Origin: Syntrophales bacterium
GTDB taxonomy: Bacteria > Desulfobacterota > Syntrophia > Syntrophales > UBA6807
Reading direction: 5' to 3'
Assembly: GCA_040767195.1 (NCBI GenBank)
Contig: JAXGPA010000001.1
Span: forward strand, 128,001-192,000
Length of the DNA stretch: 64,000 bases
Shown: positions 63,484 to 64,000 of the stretch, piece after piece
Layout: every line of letters starts with the position of its first letter
Numbering within the stretch: the first letter of the stretch is position 1
Translations under genes and position numbers: made by a program
Notes under the pieces: generated by a model
Told to the model about the DNA's origin: nothing
Database searches by the model: none
What the model saw: only the letters and a program-made list of their open reading frames with translations

Positions 63484-64000
63484 CTATTGGCCCTCGAACC
63501 GGGGTTTTCTCTTCTCGAAGAAAGCCGCCGAACCCTCCCGGTAGTCCCGGGTTTTCCCTGCCTGCACCATGCCGGCCCGTTCCCTCTCGAGCTGCCTCTC
63601 CAGAAGATCCATCATGGAGTGATTCAGGTTGTCCTTGGCAATGGCGAAAGCCTTCGTCGGCCCTGCGGCCAGCCGTTCGGCCAGCTTTTTCGTCTCCGCC
63701 TCGAGAAGCTCGTCGGCTACCACGAGGTTCACGAAACCCCAGTCCAGGGCCTCTCGAGCGTCAAAAACGGGGTCCAGGAAAATCAGCTCGGACGCCTTGC
63801 CGAAACCGACGAGAAGAGGGAGGAGGAGTCCCCAGGCCCCGTCGGGAACGAGAGCCACGCTGGTGTATGCCTGGCGGAACTTGGCGGAAGAGGCGCAGAT
63901 CCTGAGGTCGCAGGAAGCGGCGAGACTGAGCCCCCCGCCTCCCGTGGCGCCGTTGATGGCGGCGATCACCGGCTTCGGCATGTTCCGGATGTTGATGATC
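63484..64000 (-). CDS. Enoyl-CoA hydratase/isomerase (5' end outside the window)
   Basis: IINIRNMPKPVIAAING, LAASCDLR, LVPDG, AFFEKRKP. Confidence 0.85.
   Translation of the reverse strand, partial: IINIRNMPKPVIAAINGATGGGGLSLAASCDLRICASSAKFRQAYTSVALVPDGAWGLLLPLLVGFGKASELIFLDPVFDAREALDWGFVNLVVADELLEAETKKLAERLAAGPTKAFAIAKDNLNHSMMDLLERQLERERAGMVQAGKTRDYREGSAAFFEKRKPRFEGQ

Overview
GC-rich chromosomal segment whose gene content and order suggest an anaerobic, fatty-acid-degrading Deltaproteobacterium (Syntrophales-like; inferred from gene content, not proven). From left to right: (1) an acyl-CoA and short-chain fatty acid cluster with an acetyl-CoA hydrolase/transferase-GNAT fusion, AtoE transporter, ADP-forming acyl-CoA ligase, a hydantoinase-HDAC pair, CMD and a methyltransferase; (2) a leucine/isovalerate (liu-like) operon with no biotin carboxylase and two HMG-CoA-lyase-family genes; (3) housekeeping blocks mazG-queA-tgt-yajC-secDF-lepB, pyrR-pyrB-pyrC and mgtE-recO-glyQS; (4) a TetR-led beta-oxidation operon; (5) divergent from it, a DRTGG/kinase/PHP regulatory cassette followed by NuoE, a [2Fe-2S] ferredoxin and a NuoF-GltD fusion, with no hydrogenase or FDH catalytic subunit; (6) an MsrA split by an in-frame UGA at the catalytic position and followed by a SECIS-like hairpin, probably a selenoprotein that may be exported; (7) accessory genes plus ftsH, a gpsA-like gene and rfbB. 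Several small inverted-repeat (MITE/REP-like) elements lie in intergenic gaps. I found no rRNA, tRNA, CRISPR array or transposase.
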